From NCBI RefSeq assembly GCF_009914755.1, contig NC_060932.1: a stretch of 64,000 nt of DNA. The stretch is one strand, 5' to 3'. Below are positions 44,053 to 58,190 of the stretch, piece by piece. The stretch comes from the human T2T-CHM13v2.0 reference genome, Homo sapiens. The notes beneath the pieces are model-generated. The model had not been told where the DNA came from. It was given only the letters and a program-made list of their open reading frames with translations, and searched no databases. The translations under genes were made by a program, and so were the position numbers. Every line of letters starts with the position of its first letter. The stretch's first letter is position 1.

Positions 44053-46472
44053 TTGAGTGAGTTTCTTAATCCTGAGGTCTAATTTGATTGCACTGTGGTC
44101 TGAGAGACTGTTTGTTGTGATTTCTCTTCTTTTACATTTGCTGAGGAGTGCTTTACTTCCAACTATGTGGTCAATTGTGGAATAAGTGTGATATAGTGCT
44201 GAGAAGAGTGTATATTCTGTTGAAATGGGGTGAAGAGTTCTGTAGATGTCTATTAGGTCTGCTTGGTGCAGAGCTGAGTTCAAGTCCTGGATATCATTGT
44301 TAACATTCTGTCTCCTTGATCTGTCTAATAATGACAGTGAGGTGTTAAAGTCCCCCATTACTATTGTGTGGAAGTCTAAGTCTCTTTGTAGGTCTCTAAG
44401 GACTTGCTTTATGAATCTGGGTGCTCCTGTATTGGGTGCATATATATTTAGGATAGTTAGCTCTTCTTGTTGAATTGATCCCTTTACCATTATGTAATGC
44501 CCTTCTTTGTCTCCTTTAGTCTTTGTTGGTTTAAAGTCTGTTTTATCAGAGACTAGGATTGCAACTCCTGCTTTTTTTTTACTTTCCACTTGCCTGGTAA
44601 ATTTTCCTCCATCCCTTTAGTTTGAGCCTATGTGTGTCTCTGTACATGAGTTGGGTCTCCTGAATACAGCACATTGATGGGTCTTGAATCTTTGTTTAAT
44701 TTGCTGGTCTCTGTCTTTAATTGGGGCATTTAGCCCATTTACATTTAAGGTTAATATTGTTATGTGTGAATTTGGTCCTGTCATTATGATGTTAGCTGGT
44801 TATTTTGCTCATTAGTTGATGCAGTTTCTTCCTAGCCTCGATGGTCTTTACAATTTGGCATGTTTTTGCAGTGGCTGGTACTGGTTGTTCCTTTCCATGT
44901 TTAGTGCTTCCTTCAGGAGCTCTTGTAAGGCAGGCCTGGTGGTGACAAAATCTCTCAGCATTTGCTTGTCTGTAAAGGATTTTATTTCTCCTTCGCTTAT
45001 GAAGCTTAGTTTGGCTGGATATGAAATTCTGGATTGAAAATTCTTTTCTTTAAGAATTTTGAATATTGGCCCCCACTCTCTTCTGGCTTGTAGAGTTTCT
45101 GCCAAGAGATCAGCTGTTAGTCTGATGGGCTTCCCTTTGTGGGTAACCCGACCTTTCTCTCTGGCTGCCCTTAATATTTTTTCCTTCATTTCAACCTCAG
45201 TGAACCTGATAATTATGTGTTTTGGGGTTGCTCTTCTCGAGGAGTATCTTTGTGGTGTTCTCTGTATTTCCTGAATTTGAATGTTGGCCTGCCTTGCTAG
45301 GTTGGGGAAGTTCTCCTGGATAATATTCTGAAGAGTGTTTTCCAGCTTGGTTCCATCCTCCCCATCACTTTTAGGTACACCAGTCAAATGTAGATTTGGT
45401 CTTTTCACATAGTCTCATATTTCTTGGAGGCTTTATTCATTTCTTTTTACTCTTTTTTCTCTAAACTTCTCTTCTCACTTTATTTCATTAATTTGATCTT
45501 CAATCACTGATACTGTTTCTTCCACTTGATTGAATCGGCTACTGAAGTTTGTGCATGTGTCATGTAGTTCTCATGCCATGGTTTTCAGCTCCATCAGGTC
45601 ATTTAAGGTCTTCTCTACATGGTTTATTCTAGTTTGCCATTTGTCTAATCTTTTTTCAAGGTTTTTGGCTTCCTTGCAATGGGTTCGAACATCCTTCTTT
45701 AGCTCGGAGAAGTTTGTTATTACTGACCTTCTGAAGCTTACTTCTGTCAACTCGCCAAAGTCATTCTCCATCCAGCTTTGTATCGTTGCTGGCGAGGAGC
45801 TGAGATCCTTTGGAGGAGAAGAGGCACTCTGGTTTTTAGAATTTTCAGCTTTTCTGCTCTGGTTTCTCCCCATCCTTGTGGTTTTATCTACCTTTGGTCT
45901 TTGATGATGGTGACCTACAGATGGGGTTTTGGTTGGATGTCCTTTTTGTTGATGTTGATGCTATTCCTTTCTGTTTGTTAGTTTTCCTTCTAACAGTCAG
46001 ATCCCTCAACTGCAGGTCTGTTGGAATTTGCTGGAGGTCCACTCCAGACCTTGTTTGCCTGGGTATCACCAGCGGAGGCTGCAGAACAGCAAATATTGCA
46101 GAAGAGCAAATATTGCTGCCTGATCCTTCCTCTGGACGCTTTGTCTCAAAGGGGCATCCAGCTGTATGAGGTGTCAGTCGGCCCCTACTGGGAGGTGTCT
46201 CCCATTTAGGCTACACAGGGGTCAGGGACCCACTTGAGGTGGCAGTCTGTCCATTCTCAGAGCTCAAACACCATGCTGGGAGAACCGCTGCTCTCTTCAA
46301 AGATGTCAGACAGGGACGTTTAAGTCTGCAGAAGTTTCTGCTGCCTTTTGTTCAGCTGTGCCCTGCCCCCAGAGGTGGAGTCTACAGAGGGAGGCAGGCC
46401 TTATTGAGCTGCGGTGGGCTCCACCCAGTTTGAGCTTCCCAGCCGCTTTGTTTACCTAGTCAAGCCTCAGCA

Positions 46473-46805
46473 ATGGGGGATGCCCCTCTCCCAGCCAGGC
46501 TGCCACCTCGCAGTTCGATCTTGGACTGCTGTGCTAGCAGTGAGCAAGGCTCTGTGGGCGTGGGACCTGCTAAGCTAGGTGCAGGAGATAATCTCCTGGT
46601 GTGCCATTTGCTAGGACTGTTGGAAAAGCGCAGTATTAAGGCAGGAGTGTCCCAATTTTCCCAGTTCTGTCTGTCACAGCTTCCCTTAGCTAGGAAAGGG
46701 AAATCCCCTGACCCCTTGTGCTTCCCGGGTGAGGCGATGCCCCGCTCCACTTTGGATCGCCCTCTGTGGGCTGCACCCACTGTCCAACCAGTCCCAATGA
46801 GATGA
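46473..46805 (+). CDS. L1 ORF0-like antisense ORF, 110 aa (expression unknown)
   Basis: MGDAPLPARLPPRSSILDCCASSEQGSVGVGP resembles recalled ORF0 MAGAPPPASLPPCSLISDCCASNQRDSVGVGP; strong Kozak context gcaATGG. Confidence 0.5.
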   Translation: MGDAPLPARLPPRSSILDCCASSEQGSVGVGPAKLGAGDNLLVCHLLGLLEKRSIKAGVSQFSQFCLSQLPLARKGKSPDPLCFPGEAMPRSTLDRPLWAAPTVQPVPMR

Positions 46806-47141
46806 ACCAGGTCCCTCAGTTGGAAATGCAGAAATCACCTATCTTCTGTGTAGATCATGCTGGGAGCTGCAGACTGGAGCTCTTCCTATTTGGCCATCTT
46901 GGACTTAAATTATTTTATTTTATATTTGTATTTAATTTATCTTATACTACAAATCTTAGGTCCTAATGACATTCACATAATTACTACTAATTTTGTATAT
47001 ATTCACATTTCTACTTAAAAATAATAATACCTCAACTAAGTCTAAAATATAGACTAATTTGCTATTGCTAAAAATAAAACCACTGAATGTAGCAAAAGCT
47101 TTTTTGGTGGATTTTTTTGCCCTTGGGATATAGCTTCTTCA

Positions 47142-47434
<293 letters not shown>

Positions 47435-47621
47435 TCAAAGAGTAAATCAATATGGAATTTTGCTTGAAACCACCAAATTCTCCTCTATAGGGATTGTGTC
47501 AGTTTGTATTCTCACCAGGAATATATGGCACTACCTGTTCCCCATAGCTTCCTTAACAGGTGCATTGTCAAACTTCTGATATTATGCCAAAATAATTACT
47601 TTTAAAAATAGTAAATTTGTG

Positions 47622-47930
<309 letters not shown>

Positions 47931-49544
47931 AACAGTAAAAATAGTAAATGTGTATAGTTACTTTTCTAAATGCTTTTTTCACATCTTGATGTCTTTGATA
48001 ATCTCAACAGATATACAAGAGACATTTCAAGAAACTGAGAGCAGAAAATTGTAATTACTCATAAAAATTCAGGAGCACTTATTACCATCAACAAAAAAAG
48101 CATGCCCCGCCCTATATCACTTCATCTATTTCATATTATAATGGATATACTAGCCTGTACAGTAACACCATAAACAAAACTAGTATATTGGCAAAAAATA
48201 TAATTGACTGTAGAAAATCCAAGAATATCTGCAGATAAATTCCCACAAATAATAACAACATTCAACAAGTTTCCTGATCATAAAGTCAATATACAAAAAG
48301 TAATTGTGTTATTTATCATCTGCAACAAACAACTAAAAATGTAATTTAAAAAATATATGTTGCTACTATTTTCTATGTTTTATATTTGCTTCTTAGACAA
48401 TACTTTAAGGAGATAGTGATCCTGAACAGGTATCTTAGGACAAAGGAAAACGTCCCAGACAGGATGTCTGCATGAGGACAAGAAACTCAGGAGAGAAGGG
48501 ATGAAAACACAACCCCACTCCCTCTGCCACCAAATGTAGATTGAGAGATAGAAAAGATAGAATATCAAGAACCTAAAGTGGGTAGGGGAAGGGGCCACAT
48601 CTGCAAGTGAAGAGGAAAAGGACTAATTTGGGGACCAAAGGGAAAGCTTCAAAAACAAACTTGGTCAAAGAAGAGATAAGGAACAGAAGGTTTTAAAGGA
48701 AGCACAGCTTCCATGGTCTTCCTTCTCCAGCAAGAAATTGCATGGGAGTTCTTTACCACTGATCCTGACAGTTAATAAGTTCATGGATATATCGTGACTT
48801 CCCTAAGCCTTTGCCTCTTGTTCTGCAAGTAAAGAATAATAGTATTTACCATAGAGGATTGTCATGAGGATGAAATGGTATTACGGATGTGAAGGACTTA
48901 ACACAGCATGTTTCTGACATGAGGTATTCAGTATATGTCCATCCACTCTTTATCTAGACCTCCATATTTCCTTAACACCATTTGACAGAAAAGTAACCTG
49001 ATGTTGGTAAATCATACAGCTGGAAAATGTTGGAGGCAAAATGCAAATACTAGTTTTCTGATTATAAATCTCACCTTCTATCCACTGAACCATGAAAATC
49101 TTGCATTTTAATTCCGTATTTCTCAAAGCTTGGAAAAGAGGGTGCTATAGGAGTATGTGAAGCATTTTGAGTCACAGTTCACAAATAATATTTTGGAAGT
49201 TCAGTTGGAGTGATTCTGAGTGATCAGTTTGGTGGTAGGAAGTGAGAGAAAAACTAACGCAGAAATTGGTACATGTGGTCCCAAAATATATTAGATATTT
49301 GCAAAGACTTTTATTGTTTTACTTATATGCTAGGAATAAATAAAAACAGCTTATTTTTCACATTCACAGATGAACACTCAAGCAATATGCAATTAATCAC
49401 ATGCTTTTTCTTATGCAAATATCATTTCAATATAAAATCATTTTCATAAGTGCAACTGTGAAGTCCTTTAGGAAATTAACCAGAACACAATTCAACCATT
49501 ACGAGTGTGCCTTACTTTATAGATGGGTTCCCGAAAAGATAGCT

Positions 49545-52500
49545 GAGAGGGATTCCTGGGCAAGATGGCTGAATAGGTACAGCTCCGGTCTGCAGCTCCC
49601 AGTGAGACCAATGCAGAAGGTGGGTGATTTCTGCATTTCCAACTGAGGTACATGGTTCATCTAATTGGGACTGGTTAGACAGTAGGTGCAGCCCATGGAG
49701 GGCAAGCCAAAGCAGGGTGGGGTGTCACCTCACCTGGGAAGTGCAAGGGGTTGGGGAATTCCCTCCCCTAGCCAAGGGAAACTGTGAGGGGCCATGAGGG
49801 ATGGAGCTATCTGGCCCAGATATTATGCTTTTCCCATAGTCTTCACAACCCACAGAACAGGAGATTCCATTGGGTGCTACACCACCAGGGCCCTGGGTTT
49901 CAAGCACAAAACCAGGCAGCTGTTTGCGCAGACACTGAGCTAGCTGCAGGAGTTTTTTTTTTTTTTTTCATACTTCAGTAGCGCCTGGAATGCCAGCAAG
50001 ACAAAACCATTCACTCCTCTGTAAAGGGGGCTGAAGCCAGGGAACCAAGTGGCCTAGCTCAGCAGATCCCACCTCCACAGAGCCCAGCAAGCTAAGATCC
50101 ACTGGCTTGAAATTCTCACTGGCAGCACAGCAGTCTGAAGTCGACCTGAGACACTCAAGCTTGGTGTGGGGAGGCGTGTCCACCATTACTGAGGGTTGAG
50201 TAGGTGGTTTTCCCCTCACAGTGTAAACAAAGCCTCAGGGAAATTTGGACTGCATGGAGCTCACCACAGCTCGGCAAAGCCACTGTAGCCAAACTGCCTC
50301 TCTGTATTCCTCCTCTCTGAGCAGGGCATCTCTGAAAGAAAGGCAGCAGCCCCGGTCAGGGGCTTATAGGTAAAACTGCCATCTGCCTGGGACAGATCAT
50401 CTAGGGAAAGGAGCGGCTGTGGGCACAGCTTCAGCAGACTTAAACATTCCTGCCTGCCAGCTCTGAAGATGTGGATCTCTCAGCACAGCGCTTGAGCTCT
50501 GCTAAAAGACAGACTACCTCCTCAAGTGGGTCCCTGACCCCCATGACTCCTGACAGGGAGACATCTCCCAGCAGGGGTAGATAAACACCTCATAAAGGAG
50601 AGCTCTGGCTGGCCTCTGATGGGTGCCCCTCTGGGACAAAGTTTCCAGAGGAAGGAGCAGGCAGCAATCTTTGCTGTTCTGCAACCTCCACCTGGTGAAA
50701 CCCAGACAAAAAGGGTCTAGCGTGGACCCCCAGCAAACTCCAGCAGACCAGCAGCAGAGGTGCCTGTTAGAAGGAAAACTAACAAACAGAAAACAACAGT
50801 ATCAACAACAACAAAAAGGATGACATGCAAAAACTCCATCCCAAGGTCACCAACAGCAAAGACGAAAGGTAAATAAATCCATGAAGATAAGGAAAAAACA
50901 GTGCAAAAAGACTGAAAATTCCAAAAACCAGAATGCCCCTTCTCCTTCAAAGGATCAAACTCCTTGCCAGTGAGGGAACAAAACTAGATGGAGAATAAGT
51001 TTGACGAATTGACAGAAGTAGGCTTCAGAAAGTAGATAATAACAAACTCTTCCAAGCTAAAGGAGCATGTTCTAACCCAATGCAATGAAGCTAAGAACCT
51101 TGATAAAAGGTTAGAGGAAATGCTAACTAGAATAACCAGTTTAGAGAAGAACATAAATGACCTAATGGAGCTGAAAAACACAGCCTGAGAACTTTGTGAA
51201 GCATACACAAGTATCAATAGCCGAATCAATCAAGCAGAAGAAAGGATATCAGAGATTGAAAATCAACTTAATGAAATAAAGTGTGAAGACAAGATTAGAG
51301 AAAAAAGAATGAAAAGGAACAAACAAAACCTCCAAGAAATATGGGATTATGTAAAAAGACCAAAGCTATGTTTGATTGGTGTGCCTGAAAGTGATGAGGA
51401 GAATGGAACCAAGTTGGAAAACACACTTCAGGATATTATCCAGGAGAACTTCCTCAACCTAGCAAGACAGGTCAACATTCACATTCAGGAAATAGAGAAC
51501 ACCACATAGATATTCCTCAAGAAGAGCAACCCCAAGACATACAATTGTCAGATTCACCAAGGTTGAAATAAAGGAAAAAATGTTAAGGGTAGCCAGAGAG
51601 AAAGGTATTGTTATCCACAAAGGGAAGCCCATGAGACTAACAGCAGATCTCTCTGCAGAAACCCTGCAAGCCAGAAGATAGTGGGGGCCAATATTCAAAA
51701 TTCTTAAAGAAAAGAATTTTGAACCCAGAATTTCGTATCGAGCCAAACTCAGCCTCATAAGTGAAGGAGAAATAAAATCCTTTACAAACAAGCAAATGCT
51801 GAGAGATTTTGTCACCACCAGGACTGCCTTACAAGAGCTCTTGAAGAAAGCACTAAACGTGGAAAGGAACAACCAGTACCAGCCACTGCAAAAACATACC
51901 AAAATGTAAAGACCACTGATGCTATGAAGAAACTGCATCAACTAATGAGCAAAATAACCAGCTAGCATCATAATGACAGGATCAAATTCACACATAACAA
52001 TTTTAACCTTAAACATAAACAGGCTAAATGCCTGCAATTAAAAGGCATAGACTGGCAAATTGGATAAAGAGTCAAGACCCATCAGTGTGCTGTATTCAAG
52101 AGACCCATCTCACATGCAAAGACACTCATAGGCTCAAAATAAATGGATGGAGGAAAATTTACTGAGCAAATGGAAAGCAAAAAAAAGGCAGGGGTTTCAA
52201 TCCCAGTCTCTGATAAAACAGACTTTAAACCAACAAAGATCAAAAAAGACAAAGAAGGGCATTACATAATGGTAAAGGGATCAATTCAACAAGAAGAGCT
52301 AACTATCCTAAATATGTATGCACCCAATACAGGAGCACCCAGATTCATAAAGCAAGTCCTTAGAGACCTACAAAGAGACTTAGACTCCCACACAATAATA
52401 GTGGGAAACTTGAACACCCCATTGTCAATATTAGACAGATCAACAAGACAGAAAATTAACAATGATATTCAGGACTTAAACTCAGCTCTGGACCATGCAG

Positions 52501-55500
52501 ACCTAATAGACATCTACAGAACTCTCCACCCCAAATCAACAGACTACACCATCTTCTCAGCACTACATAGCACTTATTCTAAAACCAACCACATAACTGG
52601 AAGTAAAACACTCCTCAGCAAATGCAAAAGAATGGAAACAGAACAAACAGTTTCTGAGACTACAGTGCAATCAAATTAGAACTCAGGATTAAGAAACTCA
52701 CTCAAAACTGCACAACTACATGGAAACTGAACAACCTGCTACTGAATGACTACTGGGTGAATAATGAAATTAAGGCAGAAATAAATAAGTTCTTTGAAAT
52801 CAATGAGAACGAAGATACAACATACCAGAATCTCTGGGACACAGCTAAAGTAGTGTTTAGAGAGAAATTTATAGCACTACATGCCCACAGGAGAAAGTGG
52901 GGAAAATCTAAAATCGACACCCTAACATCACAATTAAAAGAACTAGAGAAGCAAGAACAAACAAATTCAAAAGATAGCAGAAGACAAGAAATAACTAAGA
53001 TCACAGCAGAACTGAAAGAGATAGAGACATGAAAAGCCTTTCAAAAAATCAATGAATCCAGGAGCTTGTTTTTTGAAAAGATTAACAAAATAGACCGCTA
53101 GCCAGATTAATAAGAAGAAAAGAGAGAAGAATCAAATAGACACAATAAAAAATGATAAAGGGGATATCACCACTGATCCCACAGAAATACAAACTACCAT
53201 CAGAGAATACTATAAACACCTCTATGCAAATAAACTAGAAAATCTAGAAGAAATGGATAAATTCCTGGACACATACACCCTCCCAAGACTAAACCAGGAA
53301 GACGTTGAATCCCTGAATAGACCAATAACAAGTTTTGAAATTGAGGCAGTAATTAATAGCCTACCAACCAAAAAAAGCCCAGGACCAGACAGATTCACAG
53401 CCAAATTCTACCAGAGGTACAAAGAGGAGCTGGTACCATTCCTTCTGAAACAATTCCAAACAATAGAAAAAGACTCCTCCCTAACTCATTTTATGGGGCT
53501 AGCATCATCCTGATACCAAGACCCACAGTCAATATTATACTAAATAGGCAAAAGTTGGAAATATTCCCTTTGAAAACTGGCACAAGAAAAGGATGCCCTG
53601 TCTCACCACTTCTATTCAACACAGTATTGGAAGTTCTGGCCAGGCAACAGAAAGAATAAAGTGTATTCAAATAGGAAGAGAGGAAGTCAAATTGTCTCTG
53701 TTTGCAGAATGACATGATTGTATATTTTAAAAATGCCATAATCTCAGCCTAAAATCTCCTTAAGCTGATAAGCAACTTCAGGAAAGTCTCGGGATACAAA
53801 ATCAACGTGCAAAAATCACAAGCATTCCTATACACAAATAATAGACAACCAGAGAGCCAAATCATGCATGAATTCCCATTCACAACTGCTACAAAGAGAA
53901 TAAAATACCTAGGAATACAACTTACAAGGGATGTGAAGGACCTCTTCAAGGAGAACTACAAATCACTGCTCAAGGAAATAAGAGAGGACACAAACAAATG
54001 GAAAAATATTCTGTGTTCATGGATAGGAAGAATCAATATCGTGAAAATGGCCATACTGCTCAAAGTAATTTATAGATTCAATGCGATTCCCATCAAGTTA
54101 CCATTGATTTTCTTCACAGAATTAGAAAAAAATACTTTAAATTTCATATGAAACCAAAAAAGAGCCTGTATAGCCAAGACAATCCTAAGCAAAAAGAACA
54201 AAGCTGGAGGAATCATGCTACCTGACTTCAAACTATACTACAAGGCTACAGTAACCGAAATAGCATGGTACTGGTACCAAAACAGGTATATAGACCAATG
54301 GAACAGAACAGAGGCTTCAGAAATAACACCACACATCTACAACCATCTGATCTTTAACAAACGTGACAAAAACAAGCAACTGGGAAAGGATTCCCTATTT
54401 AATAAATGGTGTTGGGAAAACCGGCTAGCCATAAGTAGAAAGCCTAAACTGGATCCCTTCCTTACACCTTATACAAAAATTAACTCAAATGGATTAAAGA
54501 TTTAAACGTAAGACCTAAAACCATAAAAACCCTAGAAGAAAACCTAGGCAATACCATTCAGGACATAGGCATGGGCAAAGACTTTATGATTAAAACACCA
54601 AAAGCAATGGCAACAAAAGCCAAAATTGACAAATGGGATCTAATTAAACTAAAGAGCTTCTGCACAGCAAAAGAAATTATCATCAGCATGAACAGGCAAC
54701 CTACAGAATGGGAGAAAATTTTAACAATCTATCCATCTGACAACGGGCTAATATCCAGAATCTACAAAGAACTTAAATAAATTTACAAGAAAAAAACAAA
54801 CAACCCCATCAAAAAGTGGGTGAAGGATATGAACAGACACTTCTCAAAAGAAGACATTTATGCAGCCAACAAATATATGAAAAAAAGCTCAACATCACTG
54901 GTCATTAGAGAAATGCAAATCAAAACCACGATGGGATACCATCTCACACCAGTTAGAATGGCGATCATTAAAAAGTCAGAAAACAACAGATGCTGGAGAG
55001 AATGTGGAGAAATAGGAATGCTTTTACATTGTTGGTGGGAGGGTAAATTAGTTCAACCATTGTGGAAGACAGTGTGGTGATTCCTCAAGGGTCTGGAACC
55101 AGAAATATCATTTGACCCAGCAATCCCATTACTGGGTATATACCCAAAGGATTATAAATCGTTCTACTATAAAGACACATGCACACATATGTTTATTGCA
55201 GCACTATTCACAATAGCAAAAACTTGGAACCAACCCAAATGCCCATTAATGATAGACTGGATAAAGAAAATGTGGCACATATATACCATGGAATACTGTG
55301 CAGCCATAAAAAAGGATCGGTTCATGTCCTTTGCAGGGACATGGATGAAGCTGGAAACCATCATTCTCAGCAAACTAACACAGTAACAGAAAACCAAACA
55401 CTGCATGTTCTCACTTGTAAGTGGGAGTTGAACAATAAGAACATATGGGCACAGGGAGGGGAACATCACATACCAGGGCCTGTCAGGGGGTGGGGGGCAA

Positions 55501-55646
55501 GGGGAGGGATAGCATTAGGAGAAATACCTAATGTAGATGACGGGTTGATGGGTGCAGCAAACCACCATGGCACATGTATAACTATGTAACAAACCTGCAC
55601 TTTCTGCACATATATCCCAGAACTTAGAGTATAACGAAAAAAAACC
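49545..55646 (+). mobile_element. Full-length L1PA (L1PA7/8-like), ORFs disrupted, RT deletion
   Basis: 5' 'caagatggctgaatagg'; ORF1 about 50881-51910; ORF2 from 51973; G-rich 3' UTR; A tail; TSD agatagct at 49537-49544 and 55647-55654. Confidence 0.95.
49968..50186 (-). CDS. L1 ORF0-like antisense ORF, 72 aa (expression unknown)
   Basis: MVDTPPHTKLECLRSTSDCCAASE...GSVEVG at the ORF0-equivalent position; context gtaATGG. Confidence 0.4.
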   Translation of the reverse strand: MVDTPPHTKLECLRSTSDCCAASENFKPVDLSLLGSVEVGSAELGHLVPWLQPPLQRSEWFCLAGIPGATEV

Positions 55647-56938
55647 AGATAGCTAAATTTTCAAATATATTTTCTCACTGACTTTGATTATAGATTTGAA
55701 GATGTTTTCCCAATACGAAGATGTTTTCCAACTAAAGTACATATTTTCAGTTGCAGACTGTGCTAGAGTGTGTGTGGGATTATTTATCACTATATTGAAA
55801 AGCCAAAATATGTGGAAGTGGCATTATTTATCACTATATTCAAAAGCCAAAATATGTTGCTTTGTAACAACAACATTCTATTATGATGATTAAATGTATG
55901 GCTTTAGGATTGACCACCATTTTCTAGCTGAGTGACTTTAAGTTACTTAAAGTCCTTAAGCCTCATTTTCTTTACAGTAACACGGAGATAATACCTACTT
56001 AATGGCATTTTTGTAAGGATTAGATGAAATGATAGACTTTAAGTGCTTTGTCCAGCAAGTGTTCAGTAAGTAGTAGTAGTAACAGGAGGAGGAGTTAACA
56101 ATAGCAGTAGTAATACATAGCAGAGCAGTAGCAGTAACAAAAGTAATCTGTTACATGGATAACTAATATTATAGGTATCCCCATACTTGAGAATATCTAT
56201 GGAATGATATGGGGAGAGCAAGAAAGCTCATTACTCATAATCCTCCTCAACAGCCTGGATTTCCCACCATCACAATCAAGGGGCTGTCTTTCCAAGAGAT
56301 CACTGGTAAAAGGTGAGCCCCTGAGCACTTGGAAAATGAGAGGAGTTTTGAGGATTTGTCCCTGAGAGGAAGTAGGGAGAAGAAATGAAAGAATGAGAAA
56401 AAGGGTGGAGGATGGAGTCATTCAAGGGGTAAGGGAAAGTGAGAACCTCCTGGGAGTGAATGAGCAAAGGACTTTGAAGAAAAAAATCTCTAATTTATTT
56501 TTCTGCTGAATTTGGCTGAAAAGGGTGTGCAGTGGGATCCCTCCTGGTGACCCTGAAAGGCTGAAGAAAGTTTCATTTATAAGTAAATTCCTTGTGTGAG
56601 AGGATTTTTGTGGTAATCGAGGAAAGGGCAGAGTGCTACAGGTGTAGCAGGCACAAACCCAAGAATCGGCCTCTGAGATCTTGAGGTAGGCTTTGAACTT
56701 CTGCAGAATGTGGGTTGGGCGTTAGAGTCTATCCTAACTAGATCTTAGTAGAAGGGAGACACCATTGACATCTTGTAGATGTTTGCTACCTAGATTATTT
56801 TCACTGCTTGTTTATCATCACCATCACCACCAAATCTAACTCCCTGGCTCACTCCTATTCACTGCTCAGACCTCAATTTCAAAGTTAATTTCAAGTGCTT
56901 TGGTGAAATTAAAATAAATAAATAGATAAAGTTACTGA

Positions 56939-57270
56939 GCCTAAATGTGGTGGCTCACACCTGTAATTCCAGAGCTTTTACAGACCAAGATGGGCAGATC
57001 ACTTCAGCCCAGGAGTTCAAGACCCAGCCTGGACTATATAATGAGACCCCATCCCTATGAAAATCTTTAAAAGTTAGCCAGGCATGGTGGCATGCCTGTT
57101 GTCCCAGCCACTCAGGATACTGAGGTAGGAGAATCACTTGAACTCAGAAGTTTGAGGATGCAGTGAGCCATGATCACACCACTGCACTCCTGCCTGGGCA
57201 ACACAATGAGACCCTGTCACACACACACAAAAAAAAGACATGAAAAGAAAATGAAAAAGAAAAAAAAAAG
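56939..57270 (+). mobile_element. AluJ
   Basis: Diverged Alu dimer, (CA)/A-rich tail. Confidence 0.85.
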
Positions 57271-57568
57271 TTAGTGATGGTCTTCCCTGGCCCTTGCATG
57301 TCCACATTAGGCAGCCCTGCTCTGCTCTACAATATACATTCTTCCTTTCTCAAAGTACTTTCCGCAATGATTATATGTGATTCATCAATTGTCTCCCCTT
57401 ACTGGGCTTTGAGCTCTATGAAGACAGGAACAATATCTGTTTGTGTACACCATTCCATTCCTATGACAGAGCACTACACTCAGCACAGAACAGGAACTCA
57501 AGAGATGTTCTTCGAAGGAGAAAGCAAGCTGAAGAGGGAAGGAGAGGGAGAGGGATCTAGGAGACAGG

Positions 57569-57635
57569 CCAAAGCATGAGACACTCACCTTTCTTACACT
57601 CACGACCAAAGCATGAGACACTCACCTTTCTTACA
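57569..57635. repeat. Perfect 30-bp direct duplication with 7-bp filler
   Basis: ccaaagcatgagacactcacctttcttaca at 57569-57598 and 57606-57635. Confidence 0.95.
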
Positions 57636-57894
57636 AAGGACAGCCCCACTTAGTTACCCATGGTAGGGGGGAAACTGGATTTCAGTTTTCCCTCTACCCA
57701 AAGCAACGTTTCTTCATGACACCCTCACTTCTGGTCCAGGACTGATTTTCAGAGCCATGACCATTGAGAGGAAAGTGTCAGAGGACTCTCCACTGTCTCT
57801 GAGGAATATGCTTTCTTCTAACTTTAGTCTCTGAATTAGTCAGTTTCTCCAGGAACAAATAATCTAGAAAATGTAGTTAAAAACAAAGAAGGCA

Positions 57895-58190
57895 GGCCAG
57901 GCACAATGTCTCATACCTATAATCTCAGCACTTTGGGAGGCCAAGGAGGGAGGATTGCTTGAACCCAGGAGTTTAAGACCAGCCTGGACAACATGGCAAA
58001 ACCCCATCTCCATAAAAAAAAAATCCAAAAAACTTAGCTGGGTGTGGCGGTGCGCTCACGTAGTACCAGCTACTTGGGAGGCTGAGGATTGCTTGAGTGA
58101 GGGAGGTCAAGGCTGCAGTGAGCTATGATCACACCACTGCACCCCAGCCTGGTGACAGAAGGAGACCCCTGTCTAGAAAAAAAAAAGACA
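57895..58190 (+). mobile_element. AluJ
   Basis: Alu dimer with J-type motifs. Confidence 0.87.
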
